Shown: positions 1 to 8,587 of the stretch, in pieces
How positions within the stretch are numbered: position 1 is the first letter of the stretch
Layout: each line of letters opens with the position of its first letter
Assembly: GCA_036918135.1 (NCBI GenBank)
Contig: JBALDB010000038.1
Coordinates: 96,001 to 160,000 of the forward strand
From: Nostoc sp.
GTDB taxonomy: Bacteria; Cyanobacteriota; Cyanobacteriia; Cyanobacteriales; Nostocaceae
Direction: 5' to 3'
Length of the DNA: 64,000 bases
The notes under the pieces: model-generated
Database searches by the model: none
Told to the model about the DNA's origin: nothing
The model's input: the letters and a program-made list of their open reading frames with translations, nothing else
Program-made: the position numbers and the translations under genes

Positions 1-461
1 TGTTGCAGCTGAACATTTGCTGCGGCCTTAGTTCGTTGGGCTTCAGATTGTTGAAGTTGTGCTTGAGCCGTCAATAAAGCTGCTTTGGCGGAATTTGCAG
101 CTGCGATCGAACTCGCGACATCAGCCTGAGTCTGATCTAAACTCAAGGATGCGATCTGCGTACCTTGCTGCACTTGCTGACCACTGGACACCAGAATCGA
201 TTCGATTCGTCCCTGAGTTTGGGGCTGTAACGTGACTTTTTGCTGGGCTTCCAACGAGCCGACAAACACAGAACTTTCTTGGATTGTGCCTGCGTCAATT
301 TTCTGAAGTTTTACTGGCAATGGTGGCGGGTTGGCAGCATTTGCTGCCGGATCGGTTTTTTGACAACCACTCGTCAATGCTGTGAACATTAGTAAGATTA
401 CTAATACTGGATTTGCGAGCGAGTTGTTTAAGTATTTAAGTAGATAATAATGTTTTGACAT
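1..461 (-). CDS. RND efflux periplasmic adaptor (MFP) lipoprotein, 5' part; runs off the window start
   Basis: Manual translation from ATG at 461 gives MSKHYYLLKYLNNSLANPVLVILLMFTALTSGCQKTDP...PVKLQKIDAGTIQESSVFVGSLEAQQKVTLQPQTQGRIESILVSSGQQVQQG. It has a lipobox-like TSGC, an MFP lipoyl/beta-barrel motif and an Ala/Gln-rich hairpin. Not in the ORF track. Confidence 0.85.
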   Translation of the reverse strand, partial: MSKHYYLLKYLNNSLANPVLVILLMFTALTSGCQKTDPAANAANPPPLPVKLQKIDAGTIQESSVFVGSLEAQQKVTLQPQTQGRIESILVSSGQQVQQGTQIASLSLDQTQADVASSIAAANSAKAALLTAQAQLQQSEAQRTKAAANVQLQ

Positions 462-977
462 AAAACAAAATGCCGAGCAAGTAAATTTATAGACTGCACA
501 ATTTTTAAAACTCAATCCCTGAGCTTAAGAAAGCCCAAAAACTCTAGCTTTGCCGCAGTAAATTTTCTAAATGTTTAATATTTCGTTTAGTATTAGATGC
601 ATCTTTCGTCAGAATCGCTGCTTGGTCTCAAACAGACTCATCTTAGAAAAATCTCTGGATTAATACTACGTGAGTTCAATGGATTAAAAAAAATACTAAA
701 GATAGAGATAATTCAGTTTATTGGGTAGATATCAAAGTTTTCTGAAAATGATACCTTTAGGCGAACAATCTCCAATTGAATTGAGTCGAAACTTAAAAAT
801 ACTACCGTAGCCAGTTACGTATGCCATACGCTTCAGTTAAGTCTAAAACGAGATAAACTTAGGCTTATCCCTAAATATACTGAATACTAATCCACCTAAA
901 ATAAAAATAGTGCTAAGTAGCTCAATTTAATTAAATCTGAAATGTGATTACAAGCAAAACAAAGTCAAGCGTACCAC

Positions 978-1036
978 TTCCCTGCAAGACGCTATGCGAA
1001 CGTGGAAGCAAGCTACGCGGAGCGTCTTGTAGAGAA
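978..1036. repeat. Small dispersed repeat (SDR-type composite)
   Basis: GAAGCAAGCTACGCGGAGCGTCTTGTAGAGAAG is close to the reverse complement of the element at about 13956-13987. The AGCAAGCTACG core recurs at about 52633, 55780 and 55872. Confidence 0.65.
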
Positions 1037-1186
1037 GTAATTGCAAAGATTCTATCTAAGATTTTTTAATGTTTACTAGTCAGAAAGCTGACTGTAATTC
1101 TATTTCTTAATTTTTGATTTTGCAGAAAGTTGCCAAGAGGATTTCTCTTTTGAGCAAACTTTTTAAGATGAATTTTGAATTACTGA

Positions 1187-2329
1187 CTATAATTTATCCT
1201 TGGAAATTGACCCTTCAATTCCCTCAACATACCAATCCATCGCCAGTTGTGTTCGATCGTCCAACACCTTACCTTTTAGCACTCGCACTACACCTTTTTG
1301 GTCTTTCACCGGGCCATCAAAAGGATGTGCGATACCTTGAATAAACTCATCGCGCTTGGCATTTACTAATTGCTGCACATCAGCCGGAATCACCTGATTC
1401 ATTGGAGAAATATCTACCATTTCTTGACCAATACCATCCCAAACATCTTGAGACTTCCAAGTATTAGTCATTACAGCCAAGGCTTTATCTGTATAGAATT
1501 TGCCCCATTTATTAATAGCTGATGTCAGGTGAGCTTTTTGACCAAACTTGCTCATGTCAGTGTTATAGCCAAAAGCATAAATGCCTCTTTCTTCAGCAAA
1601 TTGTACAACAGCACTAGAGTCAGTATGCTGCGTCAGTACATCAGCACCTAAATTGACCAAAGTTTGAGCCGCTTCTTTTTCTTTAGCTGGATCGTACCAA
1701 GTTTGCACCCAAAGTATCTTAACTTTTGCCTGGGGATTTGTTAGTCGCACTCCTTGAGTGAACGCATTGATTCCCCGAATTACTTCAGGAATTGGGTATG
1801 ACCCAATAAAACCAATTACATTTGATTTTGTCATCTTGCCAGCAATTATGCCAGTTAAGTAACGCGGTTCTTCAAAACGTCCCAGATATGTGCCAACATT
1901 AGCAGCACGTTTGTATCCCGTACACTGTTCAAAGATAATATCAGGAAATTCCTTTGCAACTTTCATTGTTGGGTTTATGTAGCCAAATGAAGTTGTAAAA
2001 ATCAACTTGTTACCATCTAATGCCAGTTGGCGAATTACTCTTTCAGCATCAGCACTTTCATTCACATTTTCCACAAAGGTAGTTTTTACCTTATCTTGAA
2101 GATTGGCTTCCATGTGTCTGCGACCTAAATCATGAGCATAAGTCCAGCCAAAATCACCCACAGGTCTATGATAAACAAATCCCACTTTCAGAGGTTCATT
2201 TACTACCACAGGCGATGCTAAAGGAAATACTTCACTAGGTGAATTGGAATTTCTGCCTTGAATACAACTAGTTAAGGCAAAGCTAGATCCTGCTAAAGTA
2301 ACATAGTTGAGAAATTTCCGACGATCCAT
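1187..2329 (-). CDS. BMP-family ABC substrate-binding lipoprotein (purine/nucleoside type)
   Basis: Twin-arginine signal MDRRKFL and lipobox LTSC; BMP motifs PVGDFGWTYAHDLGR, IFTTSFGY and QHTDS. Confidence 0.9.
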   Translation of the reverse strand: MDRRKFLNYVTLAGSSFALTSCIQGRNSNSPSEVFPLASPVVVNEPLKVGFVYHRPVGDFGWTYAHDLGRRHMEANLQDKVKTTFVENVNESADAERVIRQLALDGNKLIFTTSFGYINPTMKVAKEFPDIIFEQCTGYKRAANVGTYLGRFEEPRYLTGIIAGKMTKSNVIGFIGSYPIPEVIRGINAFTQGVRLTNPQAKVKILWVQTWYDPAKEKEAAQTLVNLGADVLTQHTDSSAVVQFAEERGIYAFGYNTDMSKFGQKAHLTSAINKWGKFYTDKALAVMTNTWKSQDVWDGIGQEMVDISPMNQVIPADVQQLVNAKRDEFIQGIAHPFDGPVKDQKGVVRVLKGKVLDDRTQLAMDWYVEGIEGSISKDKL

Positions 2330-2418
2330 ATTTATTGATTTGGTTCAGCTGTTGAAAAAATTTTTTAATTGTTAGTAGCGACAGACACAATATTTACTTA
2401 ATTTTAGCTCTTAATTTT

Positions 2419-2515
2419 TGGGGACTGGGGGCTGGGGACTGGGGACTGAGGAACGATTAAAATAATTCTTTCCCAGTTCCCAATACTCAATACCCAACCC
2501 TCAGTGCCTAATCCC
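2419..2515. repeat. STRR-type heptamer arrays ((GGGGACT)n followed by CCCAATA/CCCAGT-like units)
   Basis: gggactgggggctggggactggggactgagg followed by cccagttcccaatactcaatacccaacc in the divergent intergenic region. Confidence 0.75.
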
Positions 2516-2531
2516 TTTTAGAGGTTTTGAA

Positions 2532-4046
2532 ATGAATTTATTTGAGCTTTTAGCAGGAGAAGACAATCATTTAGCCCTAGTTACCCCTGAAGGGCGATCG
2601 CTAACCTACAAGCAATTGCGCGAAAATGTTACTGAGCTGGTATCTCAACTCCACAGCTTTGGATTGCAAAAGAGCGATCGCATTGCCATTGCCATGACTA
2701 ATGGTTCACCAATGGCAATTACCTTTTTGGCTGCTGCTTTGTGTGGCATCGCTGCACCCTTGAATCCCAAATATAAGCAAGAAGAATTTGCCTTCTACTA
2801 CGCAGATACCCAGGCAAAAGCATTGATTACGCTGTCTGAGGAACCAGAAGCAGCCATTACCGCCCTCACACCTGATATGATGCTGATTAATGCCAATGTC
2901 AACACTGACGGCATATTGAGCTTTGAACTGAGCATAGAGCATAGAGAATTCGGTATTGGTTATTCTCCTGATCTCTCCACCTCCCCACCTTCCTCTGACG
3001 ATATAGCGATGATTCTCCACACCAGCGGCACCACCAGTCGTCCCAAGCGTGTGCCAATTCGCCATCGTAACCTAATTGCCTCTGCCAACAACATCATTGG
3101 TGCTTACTCACTCACCCCTGCTGACACCACACTTTGCTTAATGCCCCTATTTCACGTTCATGGTTTGGTGGGCTGTTTGTTGGCAACTCTGGGTTCTGGC
3201 GGTACACTGGTTTGTCCCAATGGTTTTAATGCCCTAGAGTTTTGGAAATTAGTAGATACTTACAAACCTACTTGGTACTCTGCAGCACCAACGATGCACC
3301 AGACAATATTGGCACGCGCTAGCCGTAATACAGAAATTGTCCAAGCGAATCGCTTCCGTTTTATTCGCTCTAGTAGTGCTTCTTTGCCCCCAATCATCAT
3401 CGAACAACTGGAGGCAACTCTCAATGCTCCTATAGTGGAATCTTACAGTATGACTGAAGCATCCCACTTAATGACTACTAACCCCCTACCGCCAAAAGTC
3501 CGCAAACCGGGTACTGTTGGTTATGGCTTCGGCGTAGAAGTCGGCATTATGGACTCGGAAGGTAACCTGTTACCCCAAGGAAGTTTGGGTGAGGTGGTAG
3601 TAAAAGCACCAAATGTCATTGACGGCTACGAAAATAACCCAGAAGCCAACGCCACTGCTTTTATAAATGGTTGGTTTCGCACAGGAGACCAAGGCACACT
3701 CGATGAAGATGGCTATCTTTGCCTAACTGGACGGATAAAAGAATTGATTAACCGAGGCGGGGAAAAAATTTCTCCCTTAGAAGTAGATGATATTTTGCTG
3801 CGCCATTCCGCTGTCGCTGAAGCTTTAGCCTTTGCTGTCCCCCACAAATCTTTAGGAGAAGACATTCATGCAGCTGTTGTCCTCAAAGCAGAAGCTAGCG
3901 AAAAAGAACTTTTAGCTCACTGTTCAACTATGCTGGCAAACTTCAAAGTCCCTAAGCAAATTCATATTTTAGAGCAACTACCCCGTGGTGCGACTGGGAA
4001 ATTGCAACGGTTGGCGATGGCGAAGTTACTTGAGATAGGTGAGTAA
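2532..4046 (+). CDS. Acyl-CoA synthetase, oxalate--CoA ligase-like (AAE3/Pcs60/Oxs family)
   Basis: AMP-binding motifs LHTSGTTSRPKRVP, MPLFHVHGL, YSMTEASH, WFRTGDQG, GRIKELINRGGEKISP and TGKLQR. PTWYSAAPTMHQ is typical of the oxalate-CoA ligase group. Confidence 0.8.
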   Translation: MNLFELLAGEDNHLALVTPEGRSLTYKQLRENVTELVSQLHSFGLQKSDRIAIAMTNGSPMAITFLAAALCGIAAPLNPKYKQEEFAFYYADTQAKALITLSEEPEAAITALTPDMMLINANVNTDGILSFELSIEHREFGIGYSPDLSTSPPSSDDIAMILHTSGTTSRPKRVPIRHRNLIASANNIIGAYSLTPADTTLCLMPLFHVHGLVGCLLATLGSGGTLVCPNGFNALEFWKLVDTYKPTWYSAAPTMHQTILARASRNTEIVQANRFRFIRSSSASLPPIIIEQLEATLNAPIVESYSMTEASHLMTTNPLPPKVRKPGTVGYGFGVEVGIMDSEGNLLPQGSLGEVVVKAPNVIDGYENNPEANATAFINGWFRTGDQGTLDEDGYLCLTGRIKELINRGGEKISPLEVDDILLRHSAVAEALAFAVPHKSLGEDIHAAVVLKAEASEKELLAHCSTMLANFKVPKQIHILEQLPRGATGKLQRLAMAKLLEIGE

Positions 4047-4096
4047 GCAGTGGAGGATGAGGGAGATTGATGCGATCCAAAAGCCTAAGCTACCTA

Positions 4097-7000
4097 TTAG
4101 GGAACAGAGGGAAGCTGAAGTTCAATTCCTAATTTGCTTCCTAAATCTAGAGCGTTATTGGTAAAATCAGTAATTCCGGCAATAGGAGTGGCAATCATTG
4201 TACCAACTGCCGCCAAAGCGAGTAGACGCTTTTTCAAACGAGTTCCGTTACGTTGATTTTCAGGCTTGTTAATTTCTTGCTCTACATCATCAATGTCAAC
4301 AATTATTTCCTCTTGAATGTTTTTTGGAAATTGTGCGGCTGTTTGACGCATAGTTGCGATAATTTGCAGAAGTTCAGCAGTGCTGGCACCACTGGTTTGG
4401 TTAAAGTTAGATGCTGTGATTTGAGCATTATCTTTCGCTTGATTAACAAAATTAGCGATGTTTGCACCTTGATTATTATTTGTAATATCATTCACAGGTC
4501 TATAATCTCCTTGATTATTAGTGTTGTATATATTGTTAACTATCTGTAGCTTCTCATTCAATTCAAATTCTCTTTCTAGCGTCTCTATATCGGCTGAATC
4601 ACCATCTCTCCTTCGGCGTTTTTGTCGCATTTCCATTGGTTCATAACCATCCAGAAGTTGACGCAAATTGACCTTGATTCGCAGTTTACCAATGGGATAT
4701 TCTATTTCTCCCATTGCTTCTAACCCAAGCAGTTCTTGATAGTCGAGGGGTGGGTGGTCGGGATAGCCGGGAACAGGAACCCACTCACTGATTTCAGGTT
4801 TACTGAAAGTGTTGTGAATTTTGTTGAATATATCACGAATCATTAACAGAAATGAGCGCCGCGTAGCTTCACGACCGTCAATGGAGATGAAAATTTTCTT
4901 ATCTTCAGTATCAGCTTTGATGCAAGCAACGTTGTAGGTTTCTTTGCTTTCAACATATGCCAGCATTACGCCACTGCGCCAGTAGATTTGATTGTGAATT
5001 TTTTCGTGGGCGAGAACGATGAAGCGAGACATGATGCTTTCTGGCAAAACGCGATAGTGATATTGGAATTCTAAAGTGTTGCCTGTAAGATTCGTGTCGC
5101 TGGGTTCATCTTTGGGTAAGAGTCCAGGAATTAGAAATTTTGGTTTAGGGCAGTCGGGAAGCTGAAAGCAAATCTGAAATTCTTTCATCAACTCAGTCAG
5201 GAAGCAGTGACGCTTTTCAGGGTAGCGTTTTAGGTCAAGAATACGGTTGGTGTCGTCGTAGGTGATGATGCCTTTAGTTTTAGTTTTTAGTATTTCATCA
5301 CTGAGTAAAGCGTAAATACCTTCAGTAACCCAATCGGGGTTAAGGACGTTGGTGGATTGAAGGATGGGGTGGTCGTGGAAGTGAAGCACCAAGCCAAGCC
5401 GATGTAGCAGGTCAATGAGTTGTTCTTGATTGCGTTCTTCAGAAATATTTTTCCCTTGACAAATAGAAGTATATTGGACGTAACTAATGAAATCCTCATT
5501 CATCTTTTCGAGGGATTCTTTAACATCAAACCACGAAAGAGGCAGCAAATCGTATACCTCCTTCATTTCTCCAACTTCGTGGGTAATAGCTTTGCGGAGT
5601 TCATCAATACCTTCATTGTTTTCGCAGGAGGTTTCGATGATGGCTTTGATATTAGGATATTTTTCGCGTAATGCTTTAGTGTTGATGTCTAAAGATTCTT
5701 CATCTTTTTTGTTTCCCACAATAATTACAGGCGACTGACCGCCGAAGGTTTCAATCAGTTTCAGCCAGTATTCAAGGCGGTTTTCCTCTTCACTAGTACG
5801 ACAATTACAAACCAAAAGATAGAGACTTCGTTTGGTGAGAAAGAACTGGTGAGTGGCGTGGTAGACTTCCTGTCCGCCAAAATCCCAAACGTTAAGGCGT
5901 ACATCTTTACTGTTAACATGGATAGGCCAGTTGGTAACACCGAGACCATCGGTTTTAGACTGATTGGGATTGAAGGTGTTATGAATCAGACGATTAACTA
6001 AAGAGGTCTTACCAACACTACCTTGACCAACTAATAACAACTTCGCTTCGTTCAAAGGGCGAACTTCATTGCTACGAAGTTGGCGACAATAGTTAAAGAT
6101 TTCTTGGATAGAACCAGGTTCTCGATCAAAGTCCGGCGAACCTAGAATTTCTGGGGAAACAGGTAGAGGATTTCCCCGCAGGTCTATTTTTTGAAGATTT
6201 GGTAATTTTTCCAGATATTCTGGAATTTCAGTTATTTGGTTCTCATAGAGGTAAAGCTTGGTCAGATTGCTTAATTTTCCTATCCATTCTGGAATTTCGG
6301 TTATTTGGTTATTATTCAAGTAAAGCCACGTCAGATTGCTTAATTTTCCTATCCATTCTGGAATTTCGGTTATTTGGTTATTGAAGAAGGAAAGCTCGGT
6401 CAGATTGCTTAATTTTCCTATCGATTCTGGAATTTTGGTTATTTGGCTATTACTGAAGTAAAGCTTAGTTAGATTGGTTAATTTTCCTATCGATTCTGGA
6501 ATTTTGGTTATTTGGCTATTACCAAGGTAAAGCTCGGTCAGATTGTTTAATTTTCCTATCGATTCTGGAATTTCGGTTATTTGGTTATTGAAGAGGTAAA
6601 GCTCGGACAGATTGTTTAATTTTCCTATCGATTCTGGAATTTCGGTTATTTGGTTTTCGTAGAGGTAAAGCTCGGTCAGATTGCTTAATTTTCCTATCCA
6701 TTCTGGAATTTCGGTTATTTGGTTATCACCGAAGGAAAGCTTGGTCAGATTGCTTAATTTTCCTATCCATTCTGGAATTTCGGTTATTTGGTTTTCGTAG
6801 AGGTAAAGCTTGGTCAGATTGCTTAATTTTCCTATCGATTCTGGAATTTCGGTTATTTGGTTATTACTGAGGTAAAGCTCGATCAGATTGCTTAATTGTC
6901 CTATTGATTCTGGAATTTCGATTATTTGGTTATTAGCGAGGTTAAGCTCGGTCAGATTGCTTAATTTTCCTATTGATTCTGGAATTTCGATTATTTGGTT

Positions 7001-7483
7001 ATTGAAGAGGTAAAGCTCGGTCAGATTGCTTAATTGTCCTATTGATTCTGGAATTTCGATTATTTGGTTATTAGCGAGGTTAAGCTCGGTCAGATTGCTT
7101 AATTGTCCTATTGATTCTGGAATTTCGATTATTTGGTTATTAGCGAGTTTAAGCTCGGTCAGATTGCTTAATTGTCCTATTGATTCTGGAATTTCGATTA
7201 TTTGGTTATTAGCGAGTTTAAGCTCGGTCAGATTGCTTAATTTTCCTATTGATTCTGGAATTTCGGTTATTTGATTATTAGCGAGGTAAAGCTTGGTCAG
7301 ATTGCTTAATTGTCCTATCCATTCTGGAATTTCGGTTATTTGGTTTTCGTAGAAAGAAAGCAGGGTAAGATTGCTTAATTGTCGTATTTCTGGTGGCAGT
7401 TCTGTTAAACCTTCGCCCGATAGGTCTAGCTCTTTCCAACCCTCATCCAATGCCTGATTAATCAGACGCAATACATCTTCCAT
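4097..7483 (-). CDS. LRR-Roc-COR (Roco) GTPase protein
   Basis: 17 tandem 23-aa LRRs; Roc motifs GQGSVGKTS, WDFGGQ, NKKD and ETSC; COR region (LHRLGLVLHF...VLNPDWVTEGIY); then an N/Q-rich segment and a helical C-terminal tail. Confidence 0.95.
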   Translation of the reverse strand: MEDVLRLINQALDEGWKELDLSGEGLTELPPEIRQLSNLTLLSFYENQITEIPEWIGQLSNLTKLYLANNQITEIPESIGKLSNLTELKLANNQIIEIPESIGQLSNLTELKLANNQIIEIPESIGQLSNLTELNLANNQIIEIPESIGQLSNLTELYLFNNQIIEIPESIGKLSNLTELNLANNQIIEIPESIGQLSNLIELYLSNNQITEIPESIGKLSNLTKLYLYENQITEIPEWIGKLSNLTKLSFGDNQITEIPEWIGKLSNLTELYLYENQITEIPESIGKLNNLSELYLFNNQITEIPESIGKLNNLTELYLGNSQITKIPESIGKLTNLTKLYFSNSQITKIPESIGKLSNLTELSFFNNQITEIPEWIGKLSNLTWLYLNNNQITEIPEWIGKLSNLTKLYLYENQITEIPEYLEKLPNLQKIDLRGNPLPVSPEILGSPDFDREPGSIQEIFNYCRQLRSNEVRPLNEAKLLLVGQGSVGKTSLVNRLIHNTFNPNQSKTDGLGVTNWPIHVNSKDVRLNVWDFGGQEVYHATHQFFLTKRSLYLLVCNCRTSEEENRLEYWLKLIETFGGQSPVIIVGNKKDEESLDINTKALREKYPNIKAIIETSCENNEGIDELRKAITHEVGEMKEVYDLLPLSWFDVKESLEKMNEDFISYVQYTSICQGKNISEERNQEQLIDLLHRLGLVLHFHDHPILQSTNVLNPDWVTEGIYALLSDEILKTKTKGIITYDDTNRILDLKRYPEKRHCFLTELMKEFQICFQLPDCPKPKFLIPGLLPKDEPSDTNLTGNTLEFQYHYRVLPESIMSRFIVLAHEKIHNQIYWRSGVMLAYVESKETYNVACIKADTEDKKIFISIDGREATRRSFLLMIRDIFNKIHNTFSKPEISEWVPVPGYPDHPPLDYQELLGLEAMGEIEYPIGKLRIKVNLRQLLDGYEPMEMRQKRRRRDGDSADIETLEREFELNEKLQIVNNIYNTNNQGDYRPVNDITNNNQGANIANFVNQAKDNAQITASNFNQTSGASTAELLQIIATMRQTAAQFPKNIQEEIIVDIDDVEQEINKPENQRNGTRLKKRLLALAAVGTMIATPIAGITDFTNNALDLGSKLGIELQLPSVP
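6197..7369 (-). repeat. 17 x 69-bp near-identical tandem repeats encoding LRRs
   Basis: The unit ...ttctggaatttcggttatttggtt...cagattgcttaattttcctatc... repeats with 69-bp period; protein unit LTxLxLxxNQITEIPExIGxLSN. Confidence 0.95.
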
Positions 7484-7596
7484 TAGACTCGCCCAGAATA
7501 CAATCTAAGTATAACGCCGATAAGTTGAGCCTTTGAGGCTAACATTTGAGTCTTTGAAGTCAAAAGTTAAACCAATGACAAATTACAAATAACAAA

Positions 7597-8577
7597 ATGA
7601 AAATCTGTATTGTTGGCGCAGGTGCAATCGGTGGATATTTAGGAGCCAAATTAGCACTAGCTGGTGAAACAGTGACGCTGATTGCTCGTGGTTCTCATTT
7701 AGAAGTAATTAAAAAAAATGGGCTGAAATTAGTCATGGCGGACGGTTCTAACCAAGTAGCTCATCCGGCTTTGGCAACTAGTAATATCCAGGAAGCAGGA
7801 CAACAAGATGTAGTAATTTTAACTGTTAAGGCTCACAGTGTTCCGGCGATCGCCCCCTCCCTCTCCACACTCTACAATCCCCACACAACAGTTATCACAG
7901 CCCAAAATGGTATTCCTTGGTGGTACTTTCGCAAGCATGGCGGCGAGTATGAAGGTACGCGCATTCAATCTGTCGATCCAGAGGGCATCGTTGAAGCTGG
8001 TATCGGTGTTGACCGCGCTATTGGTTGTGTTGTTTACCCGGCAACTGAGATAATTGAACCAGGTGTAATAAAGCATATTGAAGGCGATCGCTTTACTCTT
8101 GGTGAAATTGATGGCAGTAAAAGCGATCGCATCCAATTATTAGCCCAAACTCTCAAACAAGCAGGATTCAAAGCTCCAATCCGCAATCAAATTCGCACGG
8201 AAATCTGGATCAAATTGTGGGGCAATGTGGCTTTTAATCCCATCAGTGCCCTAACTGGTGCGACTTTAGAGGATATTTGCCGCTATCCCCTCACCCGCGA
8301 ACTAGCGCGGCAAATGATGACTGAAGCGCAGGCGATCGCTGAAAATTTGGGTATAAAATTTGGCATTACTTTAGAACAGCGAATTAATGGGGCTGAAAAT
8401 GTCGGTGCCCACAAAACTTCTATGCTACAAGATATTGAAGCCGGACGCTCTACAGAAATAGATGCTATTGTCGGGGCAGTGGCAGAATTGGGTAAACTCA
8501 CTCAAATTCCCACACCCCATATTGATGCTATCTACGCCAGCGTTAAGCTGCTGGAAGCCACTAAACAAAAGATTTAA
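7597..8577 (+). CDS. panE: Ketopantoate reductase family protein (PanE/ApbA; possibly PanE2-type oxalyl-CoA reductase)
   Basis: MKICIVGAGAIGG Rossmann motif, AQNGIPWWYF, IWIKLWGNVAFNPISAL and KTSMLQDIEAGR. Confidence 0.8.
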   Translation: MKICIVGAGAIGGYLGAKLALAGETVTLIARGSHLEVIKKNGLKLVMADGSNQVAHPALATSNIQEAGQQDVVILTVKAHSVPAIAPSLSTLYNPHTTVITAQNGIPWWYFRKHGGEYEGTRIQSVDPEGIVEAGIGVDRAIGCVVYPATEIIEPGVIKHIEGDRFTLGEIDGSKSDRIQLLAQTLKQAGFKAPIRNQIRTEIWIKLWGNVAFNPISALTGATLEDICRYPLTRELARQMMTEAQAIAENLGIKFGITLEQRINGAENVGAHKTSMLQDIEAGRSTEIDAIVGAVAELGKLTQIPTPHIDAIYASVKLLEATKQKI

Positions 8578-8587
8578 CGATTACGAA

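Noticed and set aside
2375..2388. NtcA-like GTA-N8-CAC between the BMP and ligase genes
   Set aside because: Imperfect match with no correctly spaced -10 found; expected by chance in AT-rich DNA.
6197..7369. Regular repeat/variable pattern resembling a CRISPR array or DGR target
   Set aside because: The period is exactly 69 bp, in frame within an LRR ORF. The variable parts are short and related to each other. No cas or reverse transcriptase gene and no template repeat are in the window.
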